Notes: generated by a model from the letters alone, not told the origin. Shown: positions 15,004-28,851, counted from the stretch's first letter. The stretch: 64,000 bases of DNA from Eledone cirrhosa (GCA_964016885.1 OZ024743.1:231384001-231448000); one strand, 5' to 3'. Numbers and translations are program-made.

Positions 15004-15939
15004 ATTCCTAGATACTTCTCAATTCTCATTATTACTCAACACAATATATCCACTCTTCCTTCTTCCATCCTATCACTGGCCATCAAACTTACGATTACCC
15101 TTTTAAATACTTCATAGAATCACCTTTAAAAATCCTTCGTAAACATAAACATTTTTTTTTACGTTAGATTATTCAACCTCAATTCATTATTTTGTTCTCC
15201 CTTTCATGCTGGTCTAATTTTACATATTACACATCACAACACATAAAAACAAACTTAAACCCTAACTAATCTCATTTATTATATAATATTATTACCATTA
15301 GGAAATACTTCATAAACATACATATTTTGATGTTAAGGTCTTCTCCTCAGACAGTATCTCCTTCTTTGCTTTCTGCGCTCATTTGTAAACAAACTATTTA
15401 CATATATTACACATACATATTACATTACCTAAAAACAAACTTAAACACTAACTAATACCTATAAATTCATAATTCATCCACTCTTCTACTTCTTTTCACA
15501 TTATATCCTTACTAACATTACTATTTTTATTTTAATAATACATATCACCAATTTGTTTTCATCGCACATATTATTAAACCCTTCAATATACAAACCTTAA
15601 TTTAACATTATTCTTAATTTTTTCTCTTCGTTTATTTTCAAATTCTTTTAATTTATATTATCTTCCAACGGTTTTTTAACCTCTCTCTGTAAAACAATAT
15701 ATTTTCTCAGTTATAAAAGCTATCTCTCTCTCTCTATCACCCATCTCTCCTCCTATCTCCTCCTTCCTTATTATACTCCTCCCCCTCCATTATTTACTAT
15801 CATCTCCTCCTCTTTTTCATCCTTTCCACCCCCCTCATTGTTTTCCCAATATCACACATCAATCTTAAACTAGATTTCATATGTTGATTTAAAACTGCAC
15901 TATTCACAAGTGTTTTTTAACCTTCATATCATGTATCCC

Positions 15940-16010
15940 TATTTTATCTGACGAAAATGCAAATGTCATCGCATGATGATATTTGTTTTTGAAATGCGCA
16001 TAATAAAATA
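15940..16010 (+). ncRNA. Intact type I hammerhead motif with palindromic stem III
   Basis: TATTTTAT-CTGACGA-AAATGCAAATGTCATC gcat GATGATATTTGTTTTT-GAAA-TGCGCA-TA-ATAAAATA. Confidence 0.88.
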
Positions 16011-16129
16011 CATGGAACTCTTTTAACCATCTTTTGATCTTATATTATTTATACTCCAGTCCTACAAACTGTAGAGTGCTACTTATCCGATATCTGCATT
16101 GCTTTATTGTACTACAATAAAACTCACCT

Positions 16130-16180
<51 letters not shown>

Positions 16181-16227
16181 AAAGGATAATAAGGACCATT
16201 GATTACTCCTTCATTGCATTTATTGGT

Positions 16228-16314
16228 AGGTGACGCGCGTTTCGCCACTGAACAGCTCAAGATTCGATCTGTATCGATCCTACCCGACTCAGTAATCGGC
16301 GGCTCGACGGACCC
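16228..16314 (-). ncRNA. Degenerate hammerhead motif (core CCGTCGA)
   Basis: GGT-CCGTCGA-GCCGCCGA...TCAGTGGC-GAAA-CGCGCG-TC-ACC. Confidence 0.6.
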
Positions 16315-16669
16315 TTTAAAATGCTATAAGAAAATGAAATACATGGTATGTGGTAAAGCCAGAATTTCAAGCGTTTGACAAAATGAGTTGTTTTGATTGG
16401 TGGGAAGGATCAACGTGATGTACTGGCCTGTAGTGTATGTGGGGGTGTATGTGATGATGAGATGTTGGTGACTGTCGCTGGCTGGAATGGGCTGTGGTGT
16501 GGTGGTGGCGGGTTGGCCTTGTCCTGTAGTGTATATGGGGGTGGATGTGATGATAAGATGGTGGTTATGGTCGCTTACTGGGGTGAGCTGTGGTGTGAGG
16601 TTAGTGGGTTGTCGGTAAACGGGTTGGCGTGTGTGGGGTGTGGATGTGGTATTGTTGTTTACACCCCCT

Positions 16670-16735
<66 letters not shown>

Positions 16736-16914
16736 ATTCGTTTCGTTAATATAACTGGAATATTCTATCCCTGTTATAAATTTCATCAGAATATTGACCA
16801 ATACATGTCCCTAGTACTATCCCATACAAAGACATAGTCATCGATCGATTCCGATTAGATGATTATGACAGGAACGAGGGCGGGGTATTGGCAGTATCGG
16901 TAGAGGGTCGGGTG

Positions 16915-17065
16915 CCATGATTTGCAGCTTAGAGTTACGCCCCTTTATGGTCTGAGTTCAAATCCTGTCGAGTTTAAATTTCCTTTCATATTTGCGAGGT
17001 CGATAAAATTAATACGAGTAATACACTGAAGTAATTTATGGCCTTGTACCAAAAATAGAAACAAT
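16915..17065 (+). mobile_element. SINE
   Basis: CTGAGTTCAAATCC B-box, TTTCCTTTCAT..GGTCGATAAAATT, GGCCTTGTACC tail; same family as 7052 and 50205. Confidence 0.7.
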
Positions 17066-17168
17066 TTTATTACAGGAATGAAATATTCCAGCTATTTTAA
17101 CAAAACGATCGTCAATCAATTAAATGATTTAATTGAAATCCTTGTTAATCCTTATTCTCATATATATA

Positions 17169-17720
17169 TATTAGTAGTGGTGCTCTGAATTATCGATGTA
17201 TACATGAATGTATGTATAGTATAATTGGCACTATACAGTATGTTTAATTAAAAACATTTAGAAGACCATTCGCTATCAGTTTTAAAGTAGTGACTATGTC
17301 ACCTACTTTTCGGCAAAGGCAGGGTGAGCGGCTGACAGTCTATTTCTCGCTGTTTGGCGTTTATCAAAACCACGCACTCAGAGCCTTGTGGTTTTGATAA
17401 ACGACAAACAGCGAGAAACAGGCTGCCAGCCTCTCACAAACATTCATGTATACATCGCTATTTTAGAGCACCAATACTAATACCTAATTTTTGCTGGAAC
17501 GGCAATCGTTCTGTGTAATCAGCTCCTGATTATTATTGGAATTCTATAAGAATCTGGTTTCTATAATTTTCGGCAAAGGCAGGGGTTTATGTGGTTTTGA
17601 TAAACGCCAAATATCGAGAAACAGACTGTCAGACTCAATCCCTGTCTCTGCTGAAAATAATTAAGTAACATAGTCACTACTTTAAAACTGATAGAGAATG
17701 GTATATCGCCAAATATACTA
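17169..17720. mobile_element. Nested fold-back element containing hammerhead 3' halves
   Basis: Inverted repeats 17170-17211/17440-17481, 17324-17372/17387-17437 and 17265-17372/17591-17702; GAAA-CAGACTG-TC at 17618-17630. Confidence 0.7.
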
Positions 17721-17732
17721 TACATACATTTG

Positions 17733-17763
<31 letters not shown>

Positions 17764-17839
17764 CCAGGTTGAATCGGAGGTAACCACAGTAAGTAAGGTA
17801 CTCAATACATAGCAGAGTATAAATGTTTTAATATAGATG

Positions 17840-17890
17840 AGATTCTACAGGATTAGAACTGTTTCATTCTTTAGAAATCATCAGGAATCT
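17840..17890 (-). ncRNA. Intact type I hammerhead ribozyme motif within a PLE terminal repeat (about 17765-18065)
   Basis: AGATTC-CTGATGA-TTTCT aa AGAAT-GAAA-CAG ttctaatc CTG-TA-GAATCT. Confidence 0.88.
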
Positions 17891-18199
17891 GGCTTTCCAA
17901 AATAGATGTAGTGGTATTTAGATTGACAAAGGCAGAAAGAATTATATAAACAAGTTCAGATTGGGGTGCCACTCCTTATTTTTAAGTTTCTCTTAAGCTA
18001 ACAATACCTATATTTCAGGTGTCTATAAGACGGTTGGGGGTCGGTCGTGGTTGGTGGTTGATGGTTGATGGTTGATGTATATATATATACAGTTTGCAAG
18101 ATTTAGCATTCTGGAGCCACTTTTCACTGTATATAAGGTACAACATTTACCCATCTCATTACAGTTGAAAATTGCAAAATTGACTGTCACCACACATTA

Positions 18200-18238
18200 T
18201 GAACTTGAAGATTGCGAAAGCATGAAAGTACTAGTTCA
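18200..18238 (+). ncRNA. Minimal hammerhead motif (core TTGAAGA)
   Basis: TGAAC-TTGAAGA-tTGC gaaa GCAt-GAAA-GTAC-TA-GTTCA. Confidence 0.75.
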
Positions 18239-18350
18239 ATTAACACTTAACATTTAATATTCTACCATACTATTTCATTTTAATACCATTATACATTTTA
18301 AAGGATTGTAAATTAAACGAGTAAATCAGACAAAGTTGGAATTCCTCTTA

Positions 18351-18425
<75 letters not shown>

Positions 18426-18430
18426 ATATA

Positions 18431-18524
<94 letters not shown>

Positions 18525-18526
18525 GG

Positions 18527-18712
18527 AACGAGTGGGACCCCGACGGCTGAGCTCAAGCCGTTTTGACGGCTAATTCTGGACTGAATTAGCCGTCGAAACG
18601 GCTTGAGCTCAGCCGTCGGGGTCCTACTCGTTACTATTACCCACTCTACTGCCCTAAGTATTGAGTACTTTGGTGCGTTATGGTCCACTTGGTTCCTTAC
18701 CACATTTCCTTC
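18527..18712 (+). mobile_element. PLE tail with fold-back hairpin (half-hammerhead)
   Basis: Hairpin at 18527-18632; GAAA-CGGCT tgagctc AGCCG-TC-GGGGTC at 18595-18623. Confidence 0.7.
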
Positions 18713-18714
18713 AT

Positions 18715-18745
<31 letters not shown>

Positions 18746-18768
18746 ATATATGTGTATATATATATATA

Positions 18769-18853
<85 letters not shown>

Positions 18854-18898
18854 GTATGTGTGTATATGTGTGTATATGTACATATATATATATGTGCG

Positions 18899-18964
<66 letters not shown>

Positions 18965-18968
<4 letters not shown>

Positions 18969-21900
18969 ACCCAACTTCAACAACCACCACAATTTCACAC
19001 ACTATTACCACGTCCATCAAATCTACACACCCGACAACAACATCACCAGGGCTCAATACAACCACACGATACAACCTAAACTCAACAACCACCACAACTA
19101 CACACCATCTTACAACAACAGCAGGGGCCAATACAACTATAAGAGACATCCAAATTTCAACAGCCATTACAACTTCCGTAATCATTTTGTAGACACACCA
19201 CACAGACACAGGATTACAAGATAACAGAAAACACACAGGGGGACGACAAAATGCAATAAAAATTGTCAATTTAACCTCTAAAGAATTAACAATAGACCAA
19301 ATCAACATACTTCCCAACAACCAAACTACCGCGAAATGAAGGAAGATATTGCAGAATTCTGTAGAAAACTAAGACTCAGCGAGCAGCTATACGACAAATA
19401 CAATGAGGATGACACAACAGCCAGAAATAGAAGCAACTACACCCCACCAAAAGGCAAGAATAAATTCTCAATCAATTCTGCGAACACATTATTAATTACC
19501 CATACCACCACCTACACAGACATAAACAAAAACCAAAGCTAAGCAAAAAGGAATGGAATGGTCTTAACAGTCTAAAAACGACAAAACCCTAACAATAAAA
19601 GAACCAGATAAAGGGGGTGCAGTAGTTCTTATGGAGACAGATTATTACACAACTCTAGTACACTCAACTCTAGAAAACCAAACATATTATGAAAAGGCCC
19701 AACATTACACACAACAGAAAATAATGTGAAACCTAAAATCCCTAACAACCCTTTACAAAGAAGGCCTTACAGACAAGGAATACAACTACATCACCAATTT
19801 CAAAAGTAGAACCAGCCTCTTCTACGGTATCCCCAAGACACACAAAAGCGAAGTAATAGGTAGGGCCTGCAAGCAAGCTAAAGACGTTTACATCAATATA
19901 GCCCCTCCTGATGACCATAAATTATGACCCATAATAGCAGGCACCACATGTGAAACCCACCGCCTTAACAACTTCCTAGATATTCTGCTAAACCTTTCCT
20001 AAAACACATAAAAAGCTTCATAAGGGACGACCTTGACATACTCAACCACCTCCCAACAACACTCAATAATGAACATACCCTACTAGTAATCTTTGATGTC
20101 ATCAATGTATATTCCAATATCCCACACAACCTAGGTATAGAGGCAATACAATTATGGATGGAAAATTTCCCTAGTGAACTCCCACAGCGCATCTCTAAAG
20201 AATTTGTGTTGGAGGGACTCAAATTCATCTTAGAAAACAAGTTCTTTGAATTCAATGCCAAATACTACAGACAGAAATCTGGGACTGCCTTGGGCACGAA
20301 AGTGGCCCTCTCATAAGCCAACCTTTTCATGTTATATTTGGAAACCACTCTCTACCGCAAGGTTCTAGACAAATACGGCAACCACTTCTACCAACACATA
20401 GAAAATAACTGGAAGAGATATCTGGACGACTGCTTCATCCTTTGGCATGAAAGTATAGATAGACTATTTGAGTTTAAAACCCTTATGAATGGACTCAACA
20501 CAAACTTAAAATTCACAATGGATTACATGAACTACCTTTCCTCGACATCCTCATCACGAACACAAGCAACAAAATAGAAACAGACATATACTACAAACCC
20601 ACAGACTGCAAACAATACCTTCCATTCAACTCGTGCCACCCTAGACATACTAAAATAGCAATTCCTTATAACCTAGCCAGAAGGATCTGCACAATAGTTT
20701 CAGATAAATCCACATGCTACACACGACTAGAAGAAGAAAAAAAACACACTTATCAGCAGAAACTACCCACCATCACTAATCAACAATGGATTCCAACGTG
20801 CCAAAAAACTAGACATCCAGGAACTCAGACACCCCAAACCCAGGATTGAACCGCAACAAAAAACTCTACCATACATCTCCACACACAACGCCCTCAACAA
20901 TGACGCCTTAGACACCATCATCCAGAACATTCCTTTACTAAAAAGAGACCCAAAAATGAACAAAATCCTACAAAAACACAACATCATAAAGAGCAAAAGA
21001 CAACCTAAATCGATAAAAAACATCCTCACACAAGCCAAAATCCAACAAACCCTCACAATGAACCCTACAGTAACAAAATGCGGAAGGCACAACAGTGGCA
21101 TAAGCATAAATCTAATAGAAGGTTCAACATTCCATTTTAAACAAAGACAGCTTAGTTAAGCACAGCGTTACATGTGCAACTGAAAACCTAATCTATGTTT
21201 TGACCTGCTCAGGTTGTCAAGAGCACTATAGGACAGACAAAAAGCAGTCTCCGTCAACGTATGAACGTCAATACATCACAAATTAAAATACAGGAACATA
21301 TCGCATTTAGTGAACATATCGCCAATTGTGCTCACAACCAACATCCACACTTTAAAATGTTCCCCATTTACAAATTCATAGACAACTCTACTTACATCCA
21401 ACGTACCAATAAGGAAACATATTTCATTAACAAATTCCATCCTCTACTTAATGCTCTAAAAATCTGACCAATCTAAAACTGCAACAAACAATTAAACATT
21501 TACAAGAGTTACCTCCATCACACCCTACCTAATCCTTTTTCTTAAATAAATTAAATATCATCCAGCAAGAATTGCTTCCCCCTGCATATTAACTCACTAA
21601 AAAGGGAAATCATAGCAAACCTCAGTCCAACATTTTCCTCCATCATGGAATCATGGATCAACTAAGCACTCTTGCTATATTAACACATTTTGATCTGCTT
21701 AACTTCAAGGACAATGCCTGTAAATAACATTATTTTTTCTTCCACATTGACTTTTTATGCTCTACATTATGGCTGTTTTCTTTTTCTTCTTTCTTTTTTC
21801 TTTTCACTTCATAAACCTTGATTGTAAATAACATTATTCTTTCTGCACCTTCTCTTTAACATGTGTGACACAACACTAAGACATTTCACTATCATTTGAT

Positions 21901-22125
21901 AATGCATAAAAATGCTGAAACCGGTAATAGACAATTATTAAATATATAAATAGATAAATAAATGCCATTGTTAAATAATAAATAAATCAACTAATAGCTT
22001 AACACTTCACACAAAGTAAAACATTTCGTTTTAATCATTTTCTAACCCACAAAAAAGAGAGAGAAACAAAAAAGGAGAAAAATATATTTATCTTCCTTAT
22101 AATCGTCCCTTTCTCCCTGTTTTCA
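18965..22125 (+). mobile_element. Near full-length decayed Penelope-like retroelement (RT + C-terminal GIY-YIG; coding about 19250-21467)
   Basis: Frameshifted motifs IKEPDKGGAVVLM, FYGIPKTHK, FDVINVYSNIPH, GTALGTKVA, WKRYLDDCF, YYKPTD..QYL..NSCHP, NLIYVLTCSGCQEHY; degenerate hammerhead at 21889-21930 (TTGATAA...GAAA-CCGG-TA). Confidence 0.92.
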
Positions 22126-22204
22126 TATATATATATATATATTAAATAAATTAATAAAATAATGAATAAACAAAGAAACAGTTCCTTATATTAAAAAAAA
22201 ATTA

Positions 22205-22345
22205 ATCATTTTACGATCGTTTGTAGGATATATATGTGTTAGAGTTGGTATGCATATTCTATAGATCTATGTACAATATTTATACAAACTATCAGAGGGA
22301 ATAAACATACCTACACATATATATGCTGTCTTCAGAAATAATGAT
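22205..22345 (-). ncRNA. Hammerhead-like motif with about 100-nt stem II (GAAA replaced by CAAA)
   Basis: Mirror of 25803-25943. Confidence 0.6.
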
Positions 22346-23045
22346 ATTTGTTTATTGAAAAAAACAAAGATTCAATACAATAGGTCTGTTTGGGAACAGG
22401 TTTTGAATTGACCAATAGAGAGATAGTGAGGGTCAAGATAGTAATATAGTAGTAGAATAACCTTAAATTATGGGTAGAGTAAGGTAGATTTCAGTTTTGG
22501 ATGGAAAAGAATATTATGAATGAAGGATTGTTTTAGGGAAGAAATAGGTCTTATGCTGACCTCAGAAACAATTTTGTTGTTCATTGAATAAAACCAACAA
22601 AGATCTAATATATTCTGTCTGTTTGGTAAGAGGTTTAGAATTAACCAATAGAAAGTTAATAATTGGTCAAATGGTAAAATAGTAGTAATTGAAGCTTATT
22701 TTAGGGGTGAAAATAGGTCAGGTGGTCAGTAAAAGGTATACAAGCAGTTGCTGTTATAAAATAGTAATGCCAATACAAATATCTAAGATGACTAAAGTTT
22801 GAAGATAAGAATGTTAGTGAAAAAAATACATCTATGAATAGAATATAAATTAATTTAATTGATGGGTATATTTATATTGATAAATTATACTAATACATAT
22901 AGATATGATAAATAAGAGTTAGATGCAGTTGAAAAGTGCTGTTAAAGATGAGGGGAAATTAAAAGAATATAAAAATAATATATATATATATATATACTTA
23001 TACATATATATATATACATATATATACGCATACACACACACCCAT

Positions 23046-23184
<139 letters not shown>

Positions 23185-23602
23185 TATACATGCATATATA
23201 CATACATACTCACACATATACACACACATATACGCTTACATATACATATAATTATTGGGGGGGGGGGATTAAATTTATTAGTGAGAAATAATAAATATAT
23301 ATAGTTTTCAAGGAACATAGAGTTATAACCAGAAGTTAAAGCATTATATATGTTTAATTAATGGTATCAGTTTTAGGAAATGATATTTGTAAGATGGAAA
23401 GCAAAATTATGTAGTTCATCAGTAGTAGAATATTAATTATAGGTTAACTAAATTAAAAATAGTTTATATATTAATTTCTAAAGTGTATATTAATTAGGTT
23501 TATAATATTTAAAGCAGAATTATGTAGTTCATCAGTAGTAGAATATTAATTATAGGTTAACTAAATTAAAAATAATTTATATATTAATTTCTAAAGTTTA
23601 TA

Positions 23603-24127
23603 TTAATTAGGTTTATAATATTTAAAGGTTTTTCTCAGTTTATGATTACACGATATTATTAATTCCTGTCGCTTATTTAATAGGATATCCTTAGATTTCA
23701 TTATTTCAAAAAGTTCTTGGGAACATAATCTACATTCATATCTACTATTTTGATAAGGGGTGGCCCTTTTGAGCACACTCCAGGTCAGGTCATATTCTAT
23801 ATTCCTCTTTCTATAACTATTAATTATTTCAGCTAGAGATGTTGTATTAGCTAGTGCGGCATTTTTAAAACTATGTTTGTGGGTATTAAATCTTACCTTA
23901 AATTTGTTAGAGGCAGCTCCTATATATGAATAAATTGAGTCCTTAGTGTTAACTTTACATTTATATACTATGTTATTAACAAGGCAATTTCCTTTTAATG
24001 GACAGTTTGCCTTGTTTCTACAGTTACAACTTTTCGTGACTCCTGTATCTGAGGAGATATTATGGTTAGTTTGATGTACTGGTGGTATATTCATGGTTCT
24101 TTTTACATTTATATGCATTATAGGCAC
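23603..24127 (-). CDS. PLE GIY-YIG endonuclease domain, probably the truncated C-terminus of a PLE ORF
   Basis: CNCRNKANCPLKGNC..NIVYKC..YSYIG...FKVRFNTHKHSF...CRLCSQE...LLNKRQE..CNH. Confidence 0.85.
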   Translation of the reverse strand: MPIMHINVKRTMNIPPVHQTNHNISSDTGVTKSCNCRNKANCPLKGNCLVNNIVYKCKVNTKDSIYSYIGAASNKFKVRFNTHKHSFKNAALANTTSLAEIINSYRKRNIEYDLTWSVLKRATPYQNSRYECRLCSQELFEIMKSKDILLNKRQELIISCNHKLRKTFKYYKPN

Positions 24128-24175
24128 TTATATTTTGTTTTATGTTTTTGGTTGTTGAGTAGGAGAATTTAACCG

Positions 24176-24679
24176 TTGATCTATTTGAATAGTACATCAC
24201 CAGTACATCAAACTAACCATAATATCTCCTCAGATACAGGATTCACGAAAATTTGTAACTGTAGAAACAAGGCAAACTGTCCATTAAAAGGAAATTGCCT
24301 TGTTAATAACATAGTATATAAATGTAAAGTTAACACTAAGGACTCAATTTATTCATATATAGGAGCTGCCTCTAACAAATTTAAGGTAAGATTTAATACC
24401 CACAAACATAGTTTTAAAAATGCCGCACTAGCTAATACAACATTTCTAGCTGAAATAATTAATAGTTTTAGAAAGAGGAATATAGAATATGACCTGACCT
24501 GGAGTGTGCTCAAAAGGGCCACCCCTTATCAAAATAGTAGATATGAATGTAGATTATGTTCCCAAGAACTTTTTGAAATAATGAAATCTAAGGATATCCT
24601 ATTAAATAAGCGACAGGAATTAATAATATCGTGTAATCATAAACTGAGGAAAACCTTTAAATATTATAAACCTAATTAA
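24176..24679 (+). CDS. PLE GIY-YIG endonuclease domain, mirror copy
   Basis: Nearly identical protein to 23603-24127 with about four substitutions in the shared part; the listed start codon is non-ATG. Confidence 0.85.
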   Translation: MIYLNSTSPVHQTNHNISSDTGFTKICNCRNKANCPLKGNCLVNNIVYKCKVNTKDSIYSYIGAASNKFKVRFNTHKHSFKNAALANTTFLAEIINSFRKRNIEYDLTWSVLKRATPYQNSRYECRLCSQELFEIMKSKDILLNKRQELIISCNHKLRKTFKYYKPN

Positions 24680-24977
24680 TATACACTTTAGAAATTAATA
24701 TATAAATTATTTTTAATTTAGTTAACCTATAATTAATATTCTACTACCGATGAACTACATAATTTTGCTTTCCTTCTTACAAATATCATTTCCTAAAACT
24801 GATACCATTAAGTAAACATATATAATGCTTTAACTTCAGGTTATGACTCTATGTTCCTTGAAAACTATATATATTTATTATTTCTCACTAATAAATTTAA
24901 TTCCCCCCCCCCAATAATTATATGTATATGTAAGCGTATATGTGTGTGTATATGTGTGTGTATGTATGTATATATGC

Positions 24978-25065
<88 letters not shown>

Positions 25066-25802
25066 GTGTAAATATATATATATATATATATATATGTGTG
25101 TATGGATGTGTGTGTATGTGTATATATATGTATATATATATATATATATGTATAAGTATATATATATATTATTTTAATATTCTTTTAATTTCCCCTCATC
25201 TTTAACAGCACTTTTCAACTGCATCTAACTCTTATTTATCATATCTATATGTATTAGTATAATTTTATCAATATAAATATACCCATCAATTAAATTAATT
25301 TATATTCTATTCATAGATGTATTTTTTTCACTAACATTCTTATCTTCAAACATTAGTCACCTTAGATATTTGTATTGGCATTACTATTTTATAACAGCAA
25401 CTGCTTGTATACCTTTTACTGACCACCTGACCTATTTTCACCCCTAAAATAAGCTTCAATTACTACTATTTTACCATTTGACCAATTATTAACTTTCTAT
25501 TGGTTAATTCTAAACCTCTTACCAAACAGACAGAATATATTAGATCTTTGTTGGTTTTATTCAATGAACAACAAAATTATTTCTGAGGTCAGCATAAGAC
25601 CTATTTCTTCCCTAAAATAATCCTTCATTCATAATATTCTTTTCCATCCAAAACTGAAATCTACCTTCCTCTACCCATAATTTAAGGTTATTCTACTACT
25701 ATATTACTATCTTGACCCTCACTATCTCTCTATTGGTCAATTCAAAACCTGTTCCCAAACAGACCTATTGTATTGAATCTTTGTTTTTTTCAATATACAA
25801 AT

Positions 25803-25943
25803 ATCATTGTTTCTGAAGACAGCATATATATGTGTAGGTATGTATATTCCCTCTGATAGTTTGTATAAATATTGTACATAGATCTATAGAATATGCATAC
25901 CAACTCTAACACATATATATCCTACAAACGATCGTAAAATGAT
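25803..25943 (+). ncRNA. Hammerhead-like motif with about 100-nt stem II (GAAA replaced by CAAA)
   Basis: ATCATTGTTT-CTGAAGA-cagc ATATATATGTGT a GGTATGTATATTC...GAATATGCATACC...ACACATATATAT ccta-CAAA-CGATCG-TA-AAATGAT. Confidence 0.6.
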
Positions 25944-26130
25944 TAATTTTTTTAAATATAAGGAACTGGTTCTTTGTTTATTCATTATTTTATTAATTTA
26001 TCTTGACTCTGTTTTCCGTTTATTTTTCACCGAAAGTAGTTTTTGAATGCATCTTCTCTTTTCATGATATCCGGATTACATTGAGTTCTTCATACGGATT
26101 GGACACTACCGTAAACTGTTGGTAGATTTA

Positions 26131-26193
<63 letters not shown>

Positions 26194-26220
26194 TTGTGTG
26201 TGTATGTATGTGTGTATATG

Positions 26221-26251
<31 letters not shown>

Positions 26252-26279
26252 GTGCGTGTGTGTGTGTGAATGTGTCTGT

Positions 26280-26755
26280 TGACACCTGGAATATATGTTA
26301 AGAGAAACATGACAATAATGATATGATAGGCACCCAATATTTTGATTTGGTCTATAGAATTCTCTTGGCCTTTGTCACCCTAAGTAGAGCTTTAAAGGAT
26401 TAGCTTTTAAAGAATTTCCCTTTTCTTTAAATCCATCAACCATGACAGACCCCCAACCATCTTATAGACACCTGAAATATAGGCATTGTTAGCTTAAGAG
26501 AAACTTAAAAATAAGGAGTGGTACCCCAATCTGAACGTGTTTATAGAATTATTTTTGCCTTTGTCACTCTAAATATAAATTATAGCCTTAAAGAATTAGC
26601 TTTAAATGAATTCCCTTTTCATTCAACCAATGACCTCCACCCATCCCACTCCCCACTTTCTCCTACCACCTGAAAAGGTATAAATACCACAAAATTTATT
26701 TTGGAAAGCCAGATTCCTGATGATTTCTGAAGAATGAAACAGTTCTAGTCCTGTA
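26280..26755 (+). mobile_element. PLE terminal repeat (inverted homologue of 17845-18065) ending in a hammerhead at 26711-26755
   Basis: AGATTC-CTGATGA-TTTCTgaAGAAT-GAAA-CAG ttctagtc CTG-TA; internal tandem duplication of about 190 bp. Confidence 0.8.
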
Positions 26756-26931
26756 TGTTCTAGTCAATTGCGTTTTTCCAGAATGATCTAAAAACGAATA
26801 TAAACTGCGTGCATCTGAATAATTATAATCAAGTATGTATGTAATCACCATCGTTTTCAACGACTGCAGCCCGACGGGAAGGCAACTTGCTGATGCCACG
26901 TTCAAAGAAACCTTACTTTCCGAACACCCTA

Positions 26932-26973
<42 letters not shown>

Positions 26974-27922
26974 TTGTGTTCGTGTGCGTGTTTGCGTGAG
27001 TGTGTATGAAATGCATTTATGTCTGTGTCAGTATGTGTGTGCGCGTATGTGTGAGTGGTGAGTGGTTTGAAATTATAGTTTCTTCATATATTTTATTTGA
27101 AAAAGTTTTACAATACCAATTTCAATGTAGAAAACACAAATTTCCCAATGAAAAACGTTAACCGAGAGCGAGGAATGGTGGATTTTGCAACAATATGTCT
27201 TTCAAAACTCATAGTGATTATCTACTGTTAAGAAAAAACATATTGAGATTTTTACTTAATGTTCTTGCTTTCTCTGTAACCTTGTTACAATGGTCGAATA
27301 TCAAAATAAGATACATACATACATATCTATATATAAATGTATTGTATATAAATATATATACATGAGCGCGTGTGTGTGTGTATGTGTATGCATGCACATA
27401 TATATAAATATGTGTATATATATATATATATAAACATAAAGATAAAATATATATATATACATATACTGTACATATGCATGTACGGAGAATGTATTTTGGG
27501 GGGTGGTTATTTTCTGTGTAAACAATATGTTTATTTCAAATCTATAGTTGCTGTAAACCCCCGTCTACATGCATACGATATTTAATACTCATCATTTTAC
27601 AAATGGCGCCCTTATGTCTTTAAAATGGTGGGTGTCAACTTTTGCTTTCTCATTTTAAAAACAATTCAGTATCAGACAAATGTTGCTGTCGCCACTTGAC
27701 TGCTTCTGTACATTGACCAAGGGTTTAGAAAATTTCCTGTGTATAGAAATGGTTGACATATATATTGGTGTCAGAATGCATAGATAAGGATTTTATATTA
27801 GCCGAGTGCATATATTTTTTCTTAACTTTAACAGGTTTAACTCGACTAAAATACTATCCAGTTCGCAGCAGGTCGTGAGATTGTATTATCCTCAATACTA
27901 CTCTGCTTCTTCGAATTATATG

Positions 27923-28037
<115 letters not shown>

Positions 28038-28298
28038 AAAAAATGAAACGAAATTTCATTTCCCACTCTTAGTACGGCTGTTACTTAAATATAAGTATGT
28101 ACACGTACATACATATATGTATACAGACGTACAGTAGTATGTATATATATATACATACATGCACACATATATATATATGTACGTATGGATTCACCGAATA
28201 TTTATTATAATGCTAGATGTGTTTGTAAACAAACATCCCGTATTAAGCCGTAGTGTCTAGCAACCATCGTTGCTCGTTTGCTCAACACTGACAAAGGA

Positions 28299-28341
28299 AC
28301 GCTGTACTAGTTTCAAGCTTATTAGCTATCGTCAGCAACGT
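28299..28341 (-). ncRNA. Minimal type I hammerhead motif
   Basis: ACGTTG-CTGACGA-tAGCT aata AGCTt-GAAA-CTAG-TA-CAGCGT. Confidence 0.88.
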
Positions 28342-28487
28342 ATACCTTCCTGCCAGATTGTTGAACGTATATACTTAACTCATGCATATTAACGGCTGAG
28401 TAACCCAATTTGGATATCGAGTGGGTTAATCGGCCGGGTGCACCGAAAACGTAAGTATATACTTTCAACAATCTGGCAGGAAGGTAT

Positions 28488-28530
28488 ACGTTGCTGACGA
28501 TAGCTAATAAGCTTGAAACTAGTACAACGT
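28488..28530 (+). ncRNA. Minimal type I hammerhead motif
   Basis: ACGTTG-CTGACGA-tAGCT aata AGCTt-GAAA-CTAG-TA-CAACGT. Confidence 0.9.
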
Positions 28531-28808
28531 TCCTTTGTCAGTGTTGAGCAAACGAGCAACGATGGTTGTGCATGTATATATATATACATACTACTGTACG
28601 TCTGTATACATATATGAATGTACGTGTACATACTTATATTTAAGTAACAGCCGTACTAAGAGTGGGAAATGAAATTTCGTTTCATTTTTTCCGTTTATCG
28701 TTTTCGGTGCACCCGGCCGATTAACCCAATCGATATGCAAATTGGGCTACTCAGCCGTTAATATGCATAAGATAAGTATATACGTTCAACAATCTGGCAG
28801 GAAGGTAT

Positions 28809-28851
28809 ATGTTGCTGACGATAGCTAATAAGCTTGAAACTAGTACAGCGT
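28809..28851 (+). ncRNA. Minimal type I hammerhead motif
   Basis: ATGTTG-CTGACGA-tAGCT aata AGCTt-GAAA-CTAG-TA-CAGCGT. Confidence 0.88.
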
